64,000 bases of DNA from Mobula hypostoma. Lineage: Eukaryota. Position numbers and translations under genes: made by a program. Shown one piece after another: positions 36,341 through 49,730 of the stretch; within the stretch, counting starts at the first letter, position 1; every line of letters begins with the position of its first letter. Under the pieces are notes generated by a model. That model was not told the origin of the DNA and searched no databases. It worked only from the letters and a program-made list of their open reading frames with translations. The stretch spans positions 61,692,001 through 61,756,000 of the forward strand of contig NC_086108.1 in NCBI RefSeq assembly GCF_963921235.1, written 5' to 3'.

Positions 36341-38509
36341 AAAAATAGATGTGTGATTAATTTTCACTGAATGCAGATGTTATCTTCAAGCAATCATTAT
36401 AATTTCACATTGACTTTTATCAAATACTGTGCTTGAACTTCTGTGCCCTCTTGGCATTTCAAATGATCCAAACTAATATCCACACTTGCTGTATCTTCAA
36501 AAATTGTGAAGTTTGAACATTTCCTGAAATCTCATAAGGAAACATTTTCATTACAGACACACATTGGGAACAAAACAGCTGCGACATTTAATACGGGGAT
36601 CTGGCATCACAATTAGGAAGCGCCATCTCCTGAGTAACAGCATGTATTGTGCTGTGTGGTTCCTGCCATCACCTACATACCACAATTCAAATGTTAGAAT
36701 TCCCATCCCGATGCATAAAGAGGAGCTCCATATGGTTGGGGTAATAATACAGCATCTAATCCTTAACACAAAGCCCATTTTAGTATAACCCAGCTTTAAT
36801 GTTTGAGTTTTGGAAAAGGAAGTAACAATAGGAACAAAGAATCTAGCACAAGCAAGAAAAGGTTACTTTTCGAATATTTTTGCTGCGAAATCGAATTTCG
36901 CCTTCATTATTTCCCCAGTGAGTGAACAGATCATATTTTTCCAAGTGAATATTTAGACGCCTAAACTGTCAGCATAAGGTGCAAAACTGTGCTTTTAATT
37001 AGACGGTGCCTTGCAAGAGAATTCTGTGCATGCATCACATGTTTGTGTGGCACTGCATATTAAATGTGCCCAACAAAACGACAACCTTCAACTAGTTACC
37101 AAAAGTAAGTCTAGTGAGAGATTAAAAATGAGATGAGATCAAAAACATGAACTGCAAAGTCTGAGCTCCTTCTCAGATACCTCAATCTAATCTCCCACCA
37201 GGAGACAGCATGATATCTTATCCCTGAGGAACGCTGTACATTTTCATGGCTCTCCTGGAATATGAATGCCACATGCACCACAATTCTGTTGCCATTTGGT
37301 GATAAAATTATATCTCGCCTTTCTTCTTTCCTCACGTTTTCATTTTCAGTTTGTACCCCTGGGAATCTGAGACATTTGTCATCTATGGAGTTCTGCCAGA
37401 TCAAGTCTTCTATTTAATCTGGAACCATCAACTAGATAACCTCAAATTCTTTAAGAAAAATAAAAGCACAGTAGCGTAGACATTGGATCCATTTCTGCAT
37501 AATATACACCTGCAAATCATGTGTGAAAAGTGATTTTACTTGAGTTGGATGACACTAGCGACCATTTCTAGGTGAAACCACGTCCTGGCACGTCACCAGT
37601 GCTCCCAACATTGTTCACAGCCTCTTTCTTCAGATCTGCTGAGCTGTACTATGCAGTCACAATCGACTTGACCAGCCCTACCACGGTGTGGGTGATGATC
37701 AGAATCAGAATTATCACTGACATATGTCGTGAAATTTGTAGTTTCACAGCAGTGATACAGTGTAGTACATAAAAAAATTACTATGTTACAATAAGAAATA
37801 TAAAAAAAATAAATAAGTAGTGCAAAAACAGAGCAGAAAATGAGGTTGTGCTGATGGTTCATGGTCCATTCAGAAATCTGACGGCGGAGGGTCAGAAGCT
37901 GTTCCTAAGACATTGAGAGTGTATCTTCGGGCTCCTATACTTCCTCCCTGAGAGTAGCGATGAGAAAAGAGCACGTCATGGGTGGTAAGGTTTCTTAATG
38001 GTGGATGCTGCCTTCTTGAGCCATTACCTATAGAATGTGTCCTTAACATTGGGGAGGCTGGTGCACATGATGGAGCTGACTATATTAATAACCCTCCACA
38101 GAATTTTCCAGTCCTGTGCATTGGCGCCTCCATACCAGTTAGCGACGGAACCAGTCATTTGCAATGTTTTCCATGGTACACCTGTAGAAATTTGCTGGAA
38201 AGATGGCCGTGTGCTGGGGTGCAACAGCCTCTCCGGGGTCAACCATTGGCCTTTTTATCTTTTTTAAATGTCTTATTTTAAGATCACAAGACACTGCTGG
38301 ATATTAAGAACTTCAAGTTCTGCAGGTCTGCCTCATCAACAAGTTACTTGTTAGCAGAGGAGATGGACTTGGTGCCGACGGTGTTGCTGCCTGTACAGAA
38401 AGATATCACAATCGGAACATGAGGGCAGTGTGCAGTTCAACAGCAAGAGCTTTTCTTGGATGCTTTTCTTGTGATCTCAGTGTTGGACATTGGTAACATA
38501 GAATACTGG

Positions 38510-39730
38510 ATTGAATTGAATTGAATCTTACATCCTTCACATACGTGAGGAGCAAAAATCTTTACGTTACATCTCCATCTAAATGTACAATGTGCAATCA
38601 TAGTAATTTATAATAAATAGAACAGTCAATGTAATATGGAGTACATTCAAATCAGCGTAAGTTTATCAGTCTGATGGCCCAGTGGAAGAAGCTGTCCCGG
38701 AGCCTGTTGGTCCTGGCTTTTATGCTGTGGTACTATTTCCAGGATGGTAGCAGCTGGAATAGATTATGGTTGCAGTGACTCAGGTCCCCAATGATCCTAC
38801 GGGCCCTTTTTACACACCTGTCCTGAATCATGGGAAGTTCACAACTACAGATGTGCTGGACTGTCCGCACCACTTTCTGCAGAGTCCAGCGATTAAGGGA
38901 GATATAGTTCAAATATCAGGCAGTGATGCAGCCAGTCAGGATGCTCTCAATTGTGCCCCTGTAGAAAGTTCTTAGGATTTGGGGGCCCATACCAAACTTC
39001 CTCAACTGTTTGAGATGAAAGAGGTGCTGTTGTGTCTTTTTCACCACGCAGCTAGCGTGTACAGACCACGTGAGGTCCTCAGTGAAGTGGATGCTGAGAA
39101 ACTTAAAGCTGTTTACTCTCTCAACCCCAGATCCATTGATGTCAATAGGGGTTAGCCCGTCTCCATTCCTCCTGTAATCCACAACCAGCTCCTTTGTTTT
39201 TGTGACATTGAGGGAGAGGTTGTTTTCTTGACACCACTGTGTCAGAGAGATGACTTCTTCCCTGTAGGCCACCCCGTTATTGTTTGAGATAAGGCCAATC
39301 AATATAGTGTCATCAGCAAATTTAATTAGCAGATTGGAGCTGTGGGTGGTGACTCAGTCATGGGTATACAGGGAGTAAAGGAGGGGACTCAGTACACAGT
39401 CCTAAGGGGCTCCTGTATTGAGAGTCAGAGGGGTGAAGGTGAGGGAGCCCACTCTTACAACCTGCTGGCGATCTGACAGGAAGTTCAGGATCCAGCTACA
39501 CAAGGCAGGGTCAAGGCCAAGGTCTCCTAGCTTCTTGTCGAGCCTGGATGGAACTATGGTGTTGAATGCTGAAGTGTAGTCCAAGAACAGCATTCTCACA
39601 TAAGCATCCTTCTTCTCCAGGTGTGTAAGGACAGTACGTAGAGCAGTGGCTACTGCGTCGTCTGTTGATCGGTTATGTTCCTAGGGGAATTGTAAAGGGT
39701 CCATTTTGGGTGGTAGCAAGCTGCAGATGT
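38510..39730 (-). mobile_element. Rex1/Babar LINE, RT plus 3' end
   Basis: MLFLDYTSAFNTI, TGAP, KFADDT, LNVTKTKEL, TFYRGTIESILTGCITA; (TTGAA)n tail. Confidence 0.9.
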
Positions 39731-40141
39731 CCTGCAGGTCTGGTTCACTGTTTTATTGAAAAGAGGCTGAGAGTGGGCGAGCTGTGTGGCCTCAGTTGTA
39801 AGGAGGAATCTGCCTCATGCCTCTGTGTCACCTGTTGCAGCTGCCAGGAGGGGAGACGACAAAGGCAGTGTGGCGCAGCGTCCACACTGGATTGGGGGTA
39901 GGCACTTCCTGTCGGTCCTGCACTCCAATGTTCACTTTGTGGAAGACAAGCTGCCCGTCTCATAATTACATCACTATGTTGGGTTAGAGCTTCACAGATG
40001 TTCATACCTAGGAACTTGAAAATGCTCACCCTTTCCACTGCGGAAGCTTCGATGAGGACACGTGTGTGCGTGCATGTGTAGGTCAGCTGAGGGCTTGTTC
40101 TTACCAACAACATTCGTGCTCCATCAATCTACACCACATGT

Positions 40142-40964
40142 GTAGACATCAGGAAGACACGGAGCGACCACTCTCCGCTGGACATCGTCGACTCCTCCAT
40201 AGAGATCGTTAAGAGCACCAAATTTCTTGGTGTTCACCTGGCGGAGAATCTCACCTGGTCCCTCAACACCAGCTCCATAGCAAAGAAAGCCCTGCAGCGT
40301 CTCTACTTTCTGCGAAGGCTGAGAAAAGTCCATCTCCCACCCCCCATCCTCACCACATTCTACAGAGGTTGTATCGAGAGCATCCTGAGCAGCTGCATCA
40401 CTGCCTGGTTCAGAAATTGCACCATCTCGGATTGCAAGACCCTGCAGCGGATAGTGACGTTAGCTGAGAAGATCATCGGGGTCTCTCATCCCGCCATCAC
40501 AGACATTTACACCACACGCTGCATCCGCAAAGCAAGCAGCATTATGAAGGACCCCACGCACCCCTCATACAAACTCTTCTCCCTCCTGCCATCTGGTAAA
40601 AGGCACTGAAGCATTTGGGCTCTCATGACTAGACTATGTAACAGTTTCTTCCCCCAAGCAATCAGACTCCTCAATACCCAGAGCCTGGACTGACACCAAC
40701 CTACTGCTCTCTACTGTGCCTACTGTCTTGTTTATTATTTATTATTATTTATTGTAGTGCCTGCACTGTTTTGTGCACTTTATGCAGTCCTGGATAGGTC
40801 TGTAGTCTAGTGTAGTTTTTGTGTTTTTTCTTACGTAGTTCAGTGTAGTTTTTGTATTGTTTCATGTAGCACCATGGTCCTGGAAAACATTGTCTCATTT
40901 TTACTATGTTCTGTACCAGTAGTTATGGTTGAAATGACAATAAAAAGTGACTTGACTTGACTTG
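40142..40964 (+). mobile_element. Young 5'-truncated Rex1/Babar
   Basis: [35 protein letters not shown] plus (GACTT)n tail; TSD ACATGT at 40136-40141 and 40965-40970. Confidence 0.9.
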
Positions 40965-41257
40965 ACATGTATCTTAGGGACTTGGGATATATTATTTTTG
41001 TGTGACCGTATGTTTCCTGCTATCTTATATGTGACTTGTGCTGTGTATGACTATTGGTAATGTGTTTTCTACCTTAGTCCCGAAGGAACACTGTTCAGTT
41101 TTGCTGTATTCATGAGCATTCATGTATGGTTCAATAGTAATTAAACTTGAACTTGAACTTGAAATTGAGTCTTCAGTGACATATCATATCTCCTCAAACT
41201 CCTAACAAAATATAGCTGCTGGCATGCTTTCCTCATAATTGCATCAATATGTTGGGC

Positions 41258-41741
41258 TGTTGTGACTGTTAACAAAAGCCACCAGAGACACGCGGCTGGT
41301 AGTATAAAACTCTCTATTCAGCACACACAAGCTGACAGCATTTGGAGTCATTTTGGAGAGAGGCTCACTGACCCAACATTACATCACATTTTTATATGCT
41401 AAAGATCATAGGTAAGAGCAGGACATTTTGATGTATCTATCTACAATGCTTCCTTTGAATTACATATAATTTTTAAACACCTAGATCTTCACACCCGCAC
41501 TCCAGACACCCAAAATAAATGTTAATCATTGCTGTCTCTGATCTGCATTCATGCAAATGCAGACACCTCAGGTCAATAGAGTGTTTCCTGGTTTGCAATC
41601 AACCCCAGTCTGCAGCTCCAAGAGGACCATTGCTCTGAGCAGCATTTTAAACTCAATCTACAATCAACATTCAGATCTGAAGACTGTTGCTGTTGAAATT
41701 ATCATTTGCTGTATCCAATAAGCCCAGAATACACCCTAACA
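41258..41741 (-). mobile_element. Solo LTR (484 bp)
   Basis: TGTT..AACA termini; 4-bp TSD GGGC at 41254-41257 and 41742-41745; interrupts a contiguous Rex1 sequence; TATA-like CATATAAAAA on the minus strand. Confidence 0.8.
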
Positions 41742-41899
41742 GGGCCCAGGATAGATCTTCACAGATGTTGATACCACGGAACTTGAAACTGCTCACCTTT
41801 CCACTGCTGAGGCCTCGAAGAGGACTGGTATGTGTTCTCCTGACTTCCCCTTCCTGAAGTCCACAATCAGTACCCTGTTCTTATTGATGTTGTTTTTTA

Positions 41900-44795
41900 T
41901 CCAGGCAGCATCCTGGTAAACCTCTTCTGCACCCTCTCCAAAGCCTCAACACCCTTCCTATATTGGGGTGATCAGAACTGTATGCACTACTACAGATGTG
42001 GCTTAACTGGAGTTTTATAAAGCTGCAACATAATTTCCTGGCTTTTGAACTTACTGTGCCTTGATTAATAAAGGCAAGCATGCTATATTCCTTGTTAACC
42101 AAACTATCAACATTTTCAGTCACTTTCAGAGAGTTATTAAATTGGATCCAAAGATCCCTCTGCTCACTAAAACTGTTAACACAGTCTTGCTCTTAACAGT
42201 GTACTGACTCTTTACATTTGACCTACCAAAGTGCAACACTTCACATTTGGCCAGCTTAAACTCCATTGGCTATTTCTCCGCCCATATCTGCAACTGCTCT
42301 AAATCTTGCTACATTCTTTGCCAGCCTTCTACATTATCCATAACACCACCAGTTTTCATCTGCAAACTTACTAACCAACCCATCTACATTTCCATCCAGG
42401 TCATTCATATGGAGTACCTGGAGGCACATGACAAGATAGGCTAAAGCCAGCATGGTTTCCTGAAGGGAAAATCCTGCCTGACAAACCTACTGCAATTCTT
42501 TGAGGAAATTACAAGCAGGGTAGACAAAGGAGATGCAGTAGATCTGCTGTACTTGGATTTTCAGAAAGCCTTTGACAGGGTGCCGCACAGGAGGCTGCTT
42601 AGCAAGATAAGAGCCAATGGAATTACAGGATAGTTCCTAGTGTGAGTGGAGCATTGGCTGGTCGGCAGAAAACAGGGAGTGGGAATAAAGGGATCCTATC
42701 CTAGCTGGCTGTCAGTTACCAGTGGAGTTCCACAGGGGTTGGTGTTGGGACTGCTGCTTTTTACAATGTATTTCAATGATTTGGACTACAGTATTAATGG
42801 ATTTGTGGCTAAATTTGCTGTTGATACAAAGGCAGGTGGAGGAGCAGGTAGCGTTGAGGAAACAGAGAGCCTACAGAGAGACTTAGATAGTTTAGGGGAA
42901 TGGGTAAAGAAGGTGCAAATGAAATACAATGTTGGAAAGTGTATAGTCATGCACTTTGGTGGGAGAAATAAACAGGCAGATTATTATTTAGATGGGGAGA
43001 GAATTCAAAATGCAGAGATGCAAAGGAACTTGGAAGTCCTTGTGCAAGATACCCTAAAGATTAACCTCCAGGTTGAGTCAGTTGTGAAGAAGGCGAATGC
43101 AATGTTGGCATTCATTTCTAGAAGTATAGAATATAAGAGCAGGGATGTGATGTTGAGGCTCTATAAGGAACTCATGATACCACACTTAGAGAATTGTGTG
43201 CAGTTTTGGGCTCCTTATTTTAGAAAGGATATACTGACATTGGAGAGGGTTCAGAGAAGATTCATGCGAATGTTTCCAGGAATGAACAATAGAAACATTC
43301 CGAATGTTAAAAGGCCTGAACAGATTAGATATGGCGAAGTTATTTCCCATGGTAGAGGATTCTAGGACAAGAGGGCACGACTTCAGGATCGAAGGACATC
43401 CTTTAAGAACTGAGATGTGGAGAAATTACTTTACTCAGAGGGTAGTGGAGCTGTGGAATTGTTGCCACGAGCAGCCATGGAAGCCAAGTCACTGGGTGTA
43501 TCTAAGGCAGAGATAGACAGGTTCTTGATTAGCCAGGGCATCAAAGGGTATGGGGTGGAAGCAAGGGAGTGGGAATGACTGGAAGAATTGGATCTGCCCA
43601 TGATTGAATGGTGGAGCAGACTCGATGGGCTGAATGGCCTACTTCTGCTCTTATGGTCTTATATACATCACAGACAGATGAGGTCCCAATACAGATCCCT
43701 GCAAAACACCACTCATCACAGACCTCCAGCTAGAATAAATCCCGACAACTACTACCCTCTGTCCTCCATGGGCAAACCAGTTCTGAATCTAAATGGTCAA
43801 TTCACATTGATCCCATGCATCTTAATCTTCTGAATGAGCCTCCCATGAGGGACCTTGTCAAACATCTTACTAAGATCCATGTAAACAACTTCCACAGCTC
43901 TAACTCCATCAATCACACTCATCATCTCAGCAAACAAATCAATCAAGTTGCCTAATTGCCTAACACAACCTGCCTAATTAGACTATGGGTTTCCAAAAGC
44001 TCTTAAATCCTATCCCTAAGAATTTTTCTCCAGTACCTTCCCTACCATTGGTGTGAGACTCACCAGACTTCCAGGATTATCCCTGGTTTCTTGGATTATC
44101 ACTGGTTTCCTTATTGAGTAATGGAACATCAACAGCCACTCTCCCATCCTCCAGGACATTGCCCGTGAGCATAGAGAACACAATATTGGTCTAGGCCCTA
44201 GCAGTTTCTTCTCTCAAAAACTGGGTTATATTCCATCAAGCTCTGAGGACTTATCCACCTTCGCAGTCTGTAAGAGACAATATCAACAAATGTTCTGTTA
44301 CCTTACCTTCCTTCTGACTGCAAATTACTTGTCCTGTACTATGTGCAGGTGGTCTTTAAACACCCTCCACATGTTGGTTGCAGATTTGCCCAAAAACATC
44401 TGTTCCTAATTAACTCTCCCTTGTCACTGCCTAATGCTCTTGCAATGTGGCGTGCTCCAATTTAACACTCTCCCGCAAAGTCCCGATTTATTATTATCTA
44501 TAGTTGCCTTAAAACTTAAGGTGTGGTTATTGTTTCCTAATTGCTCACCCACTGAAAGGTCAGTCACCTGGCCAGGATTATTACCTAACACCAGGTCCAG
44601 TACAGACCCTCATCTTGTGGACTATTTACATTTTGATTTAAGAAGCTTACTGGATGCACCAACAAACTGTGCCTCATCCAATCCTTTTGCACTAAGAAGG
44701 TCCCAATTCATGTTAGGGAAGTTGAAGATCCTCATGACAACAGCCTTATTGTTTTTAAACCTTTCTTTAATTTGCGTACATATCTGTTCCCCAAT
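41900..44795 (-). mobile_element. Old CR1 (minus) interrupted by a plus-strand CR1
   Basis: Antisense RT and endonuclease remnants at 41900-42405 and 43662-44795. Confidence 0.75.
42410..43660 (+). mobile_element. 5'-truncated CR1 (RT plus 3' end)
   Basis: QHGFLKGKSCLTNL, LDFQKAFD, SGVPQGLVLG, KFAVDTK; CR1 tail. Confidence 0.95.
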
Positions 44796-44804
44796 GTCCA
44801 AAGG

Positions 44805-46830
44805 TTTTGAATAAAGTAAGTGAAGAGATTGTGGCGAGGCGAACTTTCAAGAATCATTAGATTCTGGAATGGTTCCAGAGGATTGGAAATTCAGAAATGT
44901 CACCCCACACTATAAGAAGGGAAAGAAAAATAATAGGCCAGTTAGTCTGATTTTGTGGTTGGCAAGATGTTCGAGTTTATTACTAAGGTTTCAGGATAAT
45001 TGGAGGCACACAATAAAATAGGCTGAAGTCAGCATGGTTTCCTTAAGAGAAAATACTGCCCGACAATTCTGTTGGAATTCTTTGGGAAAATGCCCAGCAG
45101 AATAGGTAAAAAAGAGTCTGTAGATGTTGTTTGCTTGGATTATCTGAAGGCATTTGACAGTGTGCCACACATGAAGCTGCTAAACAAGATAAGAGCCCAT
45201 GGTATTCCAGGAAAGATATTGATATGAATGGAAGATGGCGGGAGGAGAAGATGGCAGCGCGCCTGCGCATGCGCAGCCCTCTGGTGAAAAATGATATCGT
45301 ATCTGTTAAATAGGGACCGTGGACAATTCTGATTTGATGGAGAATGGATGTGAAAGCACAGAGGAACATCTGGAGAAATTTCTGAAATGCCCGTTCACTG
45401 CTGTCGTTACTGTGTAGTCGTGAATCTTTTGGAGGGTAGGCCTCAAAATCCCCGGCCTTGCCTGCTTTTGGCGACCGAGAAGGAAGTCGAATTGTTTGTA
45501 CAGAGATGGCGCTCAGTACTCAGTGTCGGAGAGCTGATCCGAGCTCAAAGTTTTCAGATGACTCAGAGTCGGATCGTGGTCGGGCATGGCAGGAAGAGTT
45601 TTTCTTCCTTCTCCCGTCTGCGTGAGATGTGGGACATTTGAGAAACCTTGAACTTTACTGTGCTCATGGACTGCTTCAGCATATTATGGTATTGTTGCAC
45701 TGTGTAACTATATGTTATAATTATGTGGTTTTGTCAGTTTTTTTCAGTCTTGGTCTGTCCTGTGTTTTGTGATATCACACCGGAGGAAATAATGTATCAT
45801 TTCTTAATGCATGCATTACTAAATGACAATAAAAGAGGACTACATGTCTTCATAATCATAAAGATTGGCTAGCAGGCAGAGGGCAAAGATTGGGAATAAA
45901 AGGAGCCTTTTCTGGTTGGCTGCCAGCGACCCATGGTGTTCAGTAGGCATCTGAGATGGGTTCCCTACATTTTTGTTAATGATCTAGATAATGGAATTGA
46001 TGAATTTGTAGCCAAGTTTGTCAATGCTACAAGGATAGATAGAGGGGCAGGGAATGTGCAGAAGGACTTGGACAGATTAGGAGAATGGACAAAAAAATGG
46101 TAGATGGAATACAGTGTAGGGAAGAATGAATAAAGGTATAGACAATTTTCTAAAAGGGAATTGAATTCAGAGGTCAGAGATGCAAATGAACTTGAGAAGT
46201 TTCCCTGAAGGTTAACTTGTGAGTTGAATGGGTAGGAAGGAAGGCAAATGCAATGTTAGTATTCATTTTGAGAGGACTAGAATTAAAAGCAATAATGTAA
46301 TCTTAAGCCTTTATAAGGCTTTGGTCAGATCACCCCATATCTAAGAAAGAATGTACTGGCATTGGAAAGTATCCAAAGGAGGTTTACAAAAACTATCCTT
46401 GCAATGAAAGGATTAACATATAGGGAATGTTTGGTGGCTCTGGACCAATACTCCCAGGTGATTAGAAGAATGAAGAGAGATCTCATTGAAACCTACTGAA
46501 TATTGAAAGACCTAGATAGAATGGACGTGGAGAGGATGTTTCGAAGAGTGGGGGAGTCAAGAACAGAGAGCATAAGCTCAGAATAGAAGAACGTCCTTTC
46601 AGTACAGAGATATGGAGGAATTTCCTTTTAGGAGGAGGAGTTTCAAATTCACTACTACAAACAGCTGTGGAAGCTAAGTCATTGAGTATATTTACATTAG
46701 AGAATGATAGTTTTTTGATTAACATAGGAGTCAAATGGAGCTGAGATAGAAAAAAAATCAGGCGCAGTCAAATGGCAGAGCAGGCCTGATGTGCTGAATT
46801 GCCTAATTCTGTTCTTATGTCTTATAGTCT
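44805..46830 (+). mobile_element. Decayed CR1 interrupted at 45236-45860
   Basis: RT-region remnants on both sides of the insertion; CR1 3' tail at ~46820. Confidence 0.8.
45236..45860 (+). mobile_element. Non-autonomous ~620-bp retroelement, copy 1
   Basis: Homologous over its length to 61941-62558; no real ORF; ends AAATGACAATAAAA plus short repeats; possible TSD AAGAT. Confidence 0.8.
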
Positions 46831-49289
46831 CACTGCACAGAAGCATTGGGACATTCAGAGTACTAATCACTGCCGTGATTCTTTGTGGTTCCATGTCATG
46901 ATGGAAGTCATGTCATTGACAGCCTGCTTCAGCTTATTCCTTTAAAGTTACCATCTTACCCTTGTGGGGGCTCTCCACTGAAACCTGTAGCAACTACCTG
47001 CCTGTCAAGTACAATAATGAACCTTGTCCTTTCCACTCCCCCTGCCTGACTGTGATGCCTATAGCAGCTGGTCATATAAATCCTTCCACCGTCATGACCC
47101 TGCTCAACAATCCAGATCCTGATTTTGCTTTTCTGGGTCCCTCAACCTACATCACCCTCTCCACCATTAATCAAACTGTGCCTGTCTTCCTCACAGCCTG
47201 CAAATAGGATTGCAACCAAGTTGATAGCTTTCTCTTGCCCAATATCTTGGAGCTGGCAGGGGAAAAGCTTCTCAGCATATTAAGTGTAAATGGCCTTTTC
47301 AGTAGTACACCGCGCCCTGCACAATGTGCAATCTGAATTTTCATTGGGCTAGAGAAAAAACTCTCTAAAGCATACATCTGGAAAGTTATAAATAATTCTG
47401 TACATTGTTCACACCAATCCATATTTTGTCTTTCCAGGATTTTTCTCCAACCTGTTTTTTGAAATAAATTTGATCAAAGTTCCAAAAAATTATTTCACAA
47501 CAGAAGAGCATGCCGGCAAACGATGTAGGAATTTGAATTTCACTTTCCCTAATGGACAAAACAAGGAATAATTCACTCACTGAAGAACAAAAGCAATTTA
47601 ATGGTCTCCTACCTTGGAGCAAAATGCAAGAAAACATGTTCACTCAGTTGAAATTTGTGAACAGAAAGTATTTATGACACTACATTGCAGTCCTAGCACA
47701 ATTTCTACTCAAGGTATTGTAGCTCACATATAGAACAGAATTGCAAATCTATATAAAATGATCACTTGTGATTGTCAAGCTTTTTTCATAATTCTGTTAT
47801 GAAGAGAATGATAAAATGTGAACTGTGGCATTGATCAGCCATCTTTTGGCACCACGGTAAGAGGGGTCAACTGGCCTACTCCTACTACCTCTTATATTCC
47901 TGATAGAACCCTTTTAAAATGTTTTTTTATGCAGCCTCAGATTCAGAAAGTATGATGCCTCACATGTTTACCATAGGCACAACAACCAGGTGTATTCCTT
48001 CATATCTATTATTATTACTTCATTTGTAAGCTATTCTCTATATGTTTTCAGGTTCCCTACATTCTCACTTGAAATGATCTTCCCCAAAGATAACGTATAT
48101 GAAATAAATCTTAGTGTCACCCTTCAGAACAGCATTAATGCATATGTTTGGAGACATCCAGCCACTAAGATTGAAATTCCAAAACCCTCCACCAGTAGAC
48201 TGTTGCCCAGTGCACTGTTACTGCAAGACTCACCTTTGTAGATCAGCTTTGTTTCTGTAGAGGCAATTGTTGCTGTATTTATGAAGTACTGCTCACTGGA
48301 GCTTAAGACAAGATATCCAGTGTTATTAGGCGTGGATTAAAGGTTGCAATATTGAAGCTGCGCAAATCTCATCAGGCTCTCCTGACTCACCGTGCTGAGC
48401 AGAAGCTCATATGTGGATTTATGTGCTACCTATTTCGCTTGAACAGAAGCTATTAGATGCAGCCACGGGAGCACAAAAAGATGAGATCTGTTTCCAAATG
48501 TGGCCATAATATCTACAATAGACACACTGGAATTAAAAGTGAAACTGTAATTAACTAAAGATTTGTAAGCTATTTTGCTTCAGTCTGTTCCTCAAAACAT
48601 TGAATTTTCGCAATTCTAGCAGTTTTCTAACTGCAACTGAAAAAAAACATGACTCAGACTAATTCTGTAATTAAACTACGTACCATAGAGTTATAGATTG
48701 TTCAATATTAGATGACCAAAGGTTTATTACATTTTTACGTCAATGCACCTTTTTAAAACTTTGTCTTGAAAATGCCATCAGAAATATTTGATTTTAGAAT
48801 TTAATATTTTTCCTATTCTCTACACTAATGTCACTTAGTTATATGCAAGATGGTATTTCTTAAAGTGGGACTTTGGCCAAGAACATTGCTGAGTACATAA
48901 ATTTTAGCTGAATTAATAAAAACTGAGTCTCCTCCAGAATTTAATTGCAAAATTTATAAGAAGTTTAAAATCTATAAAGGACTGATTACTAGCTGACACC
49001 AGCTACTTAGAGCCTGATGTTCTATCCTATACAGATTATGACCAAAGTGTTGCATTCGAATGGTATTGTTAACCCAATTTTATGGAGCATCAAATCTAAT
49101 TGGAATGTTTGGAGCATATCTACACAAGGTGAATATAGCTTTCCAGGATCTTTGATATGGTTTTGAACTATTCTGAAAAGATAACATGTCAGTGATTTTC
49201 CACAAGTCAGATAAGACCTCTAATCCCAATCAAGTGCCTTGTCTCTCAATATGCAAATTTAAAATTGTGCTCCACTATTGACTACGTTT

Positions 49290-49730
49290 AAAGAGAATGC
49301 ATGGAGTGCTGCCACAAGAAAGCGGTGTCTATCGTCAAAGACAGCCTCCATCCAGGTCATATCTTCTTCTTGTTATTACCATTGGGCAGAAGGTACAGAA
49401 GCCTTAGGTCTCACATCATCAGATCAGGAACAGATATTACCCTACAACCATTAGGCTCCTGAACCAGCAAGGATAACTTCATTCACCACTAATCTGAACT
49501 ATGAACTACAGACTCACTTTCAAGGACTCTTTACAATTCATTATTTTTTATTTGTACAGTTTCTTTTCTTTTGCACATTGGTTGCTTGTCAGTCTTTGCC
49601 TGTTTAATTACAGTTTCTTTGTAAAATTCTATTGTATTTCTTTTTCCTGTAAATACCTGCTAGAAAATGAATCTCAAGGCAGCATGTGATAATGTATATG
49701 TACTTAGATAATAAATTAACTTTGACTTAT
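49290..49730 (+). mobile_element. Old Rex1/Babar 3' end
   Basis: HPGHIFFLLLPLGRRYRSL motif plus 3' UTR. Confidence 0.7.

Larger units (their letters stand above)
37698..41880 (-). mobile_element. Rex1/Babar host element (37698-38195, 41163-41257, 41742-41880) carrying nested insertions
   Basis: The antisense Rex1 ORF resumes across each insertion (gtagaaatttgct / gagtcttcagtgacat; gttgggc / ccaggatagatc). Confidence 0.7.

Noticed and set aside
48385..48515. Minus-strand coding exon ending at ACG|GTGAGT
   Set aside because: Stops in all three frames from the nearest acceptor.
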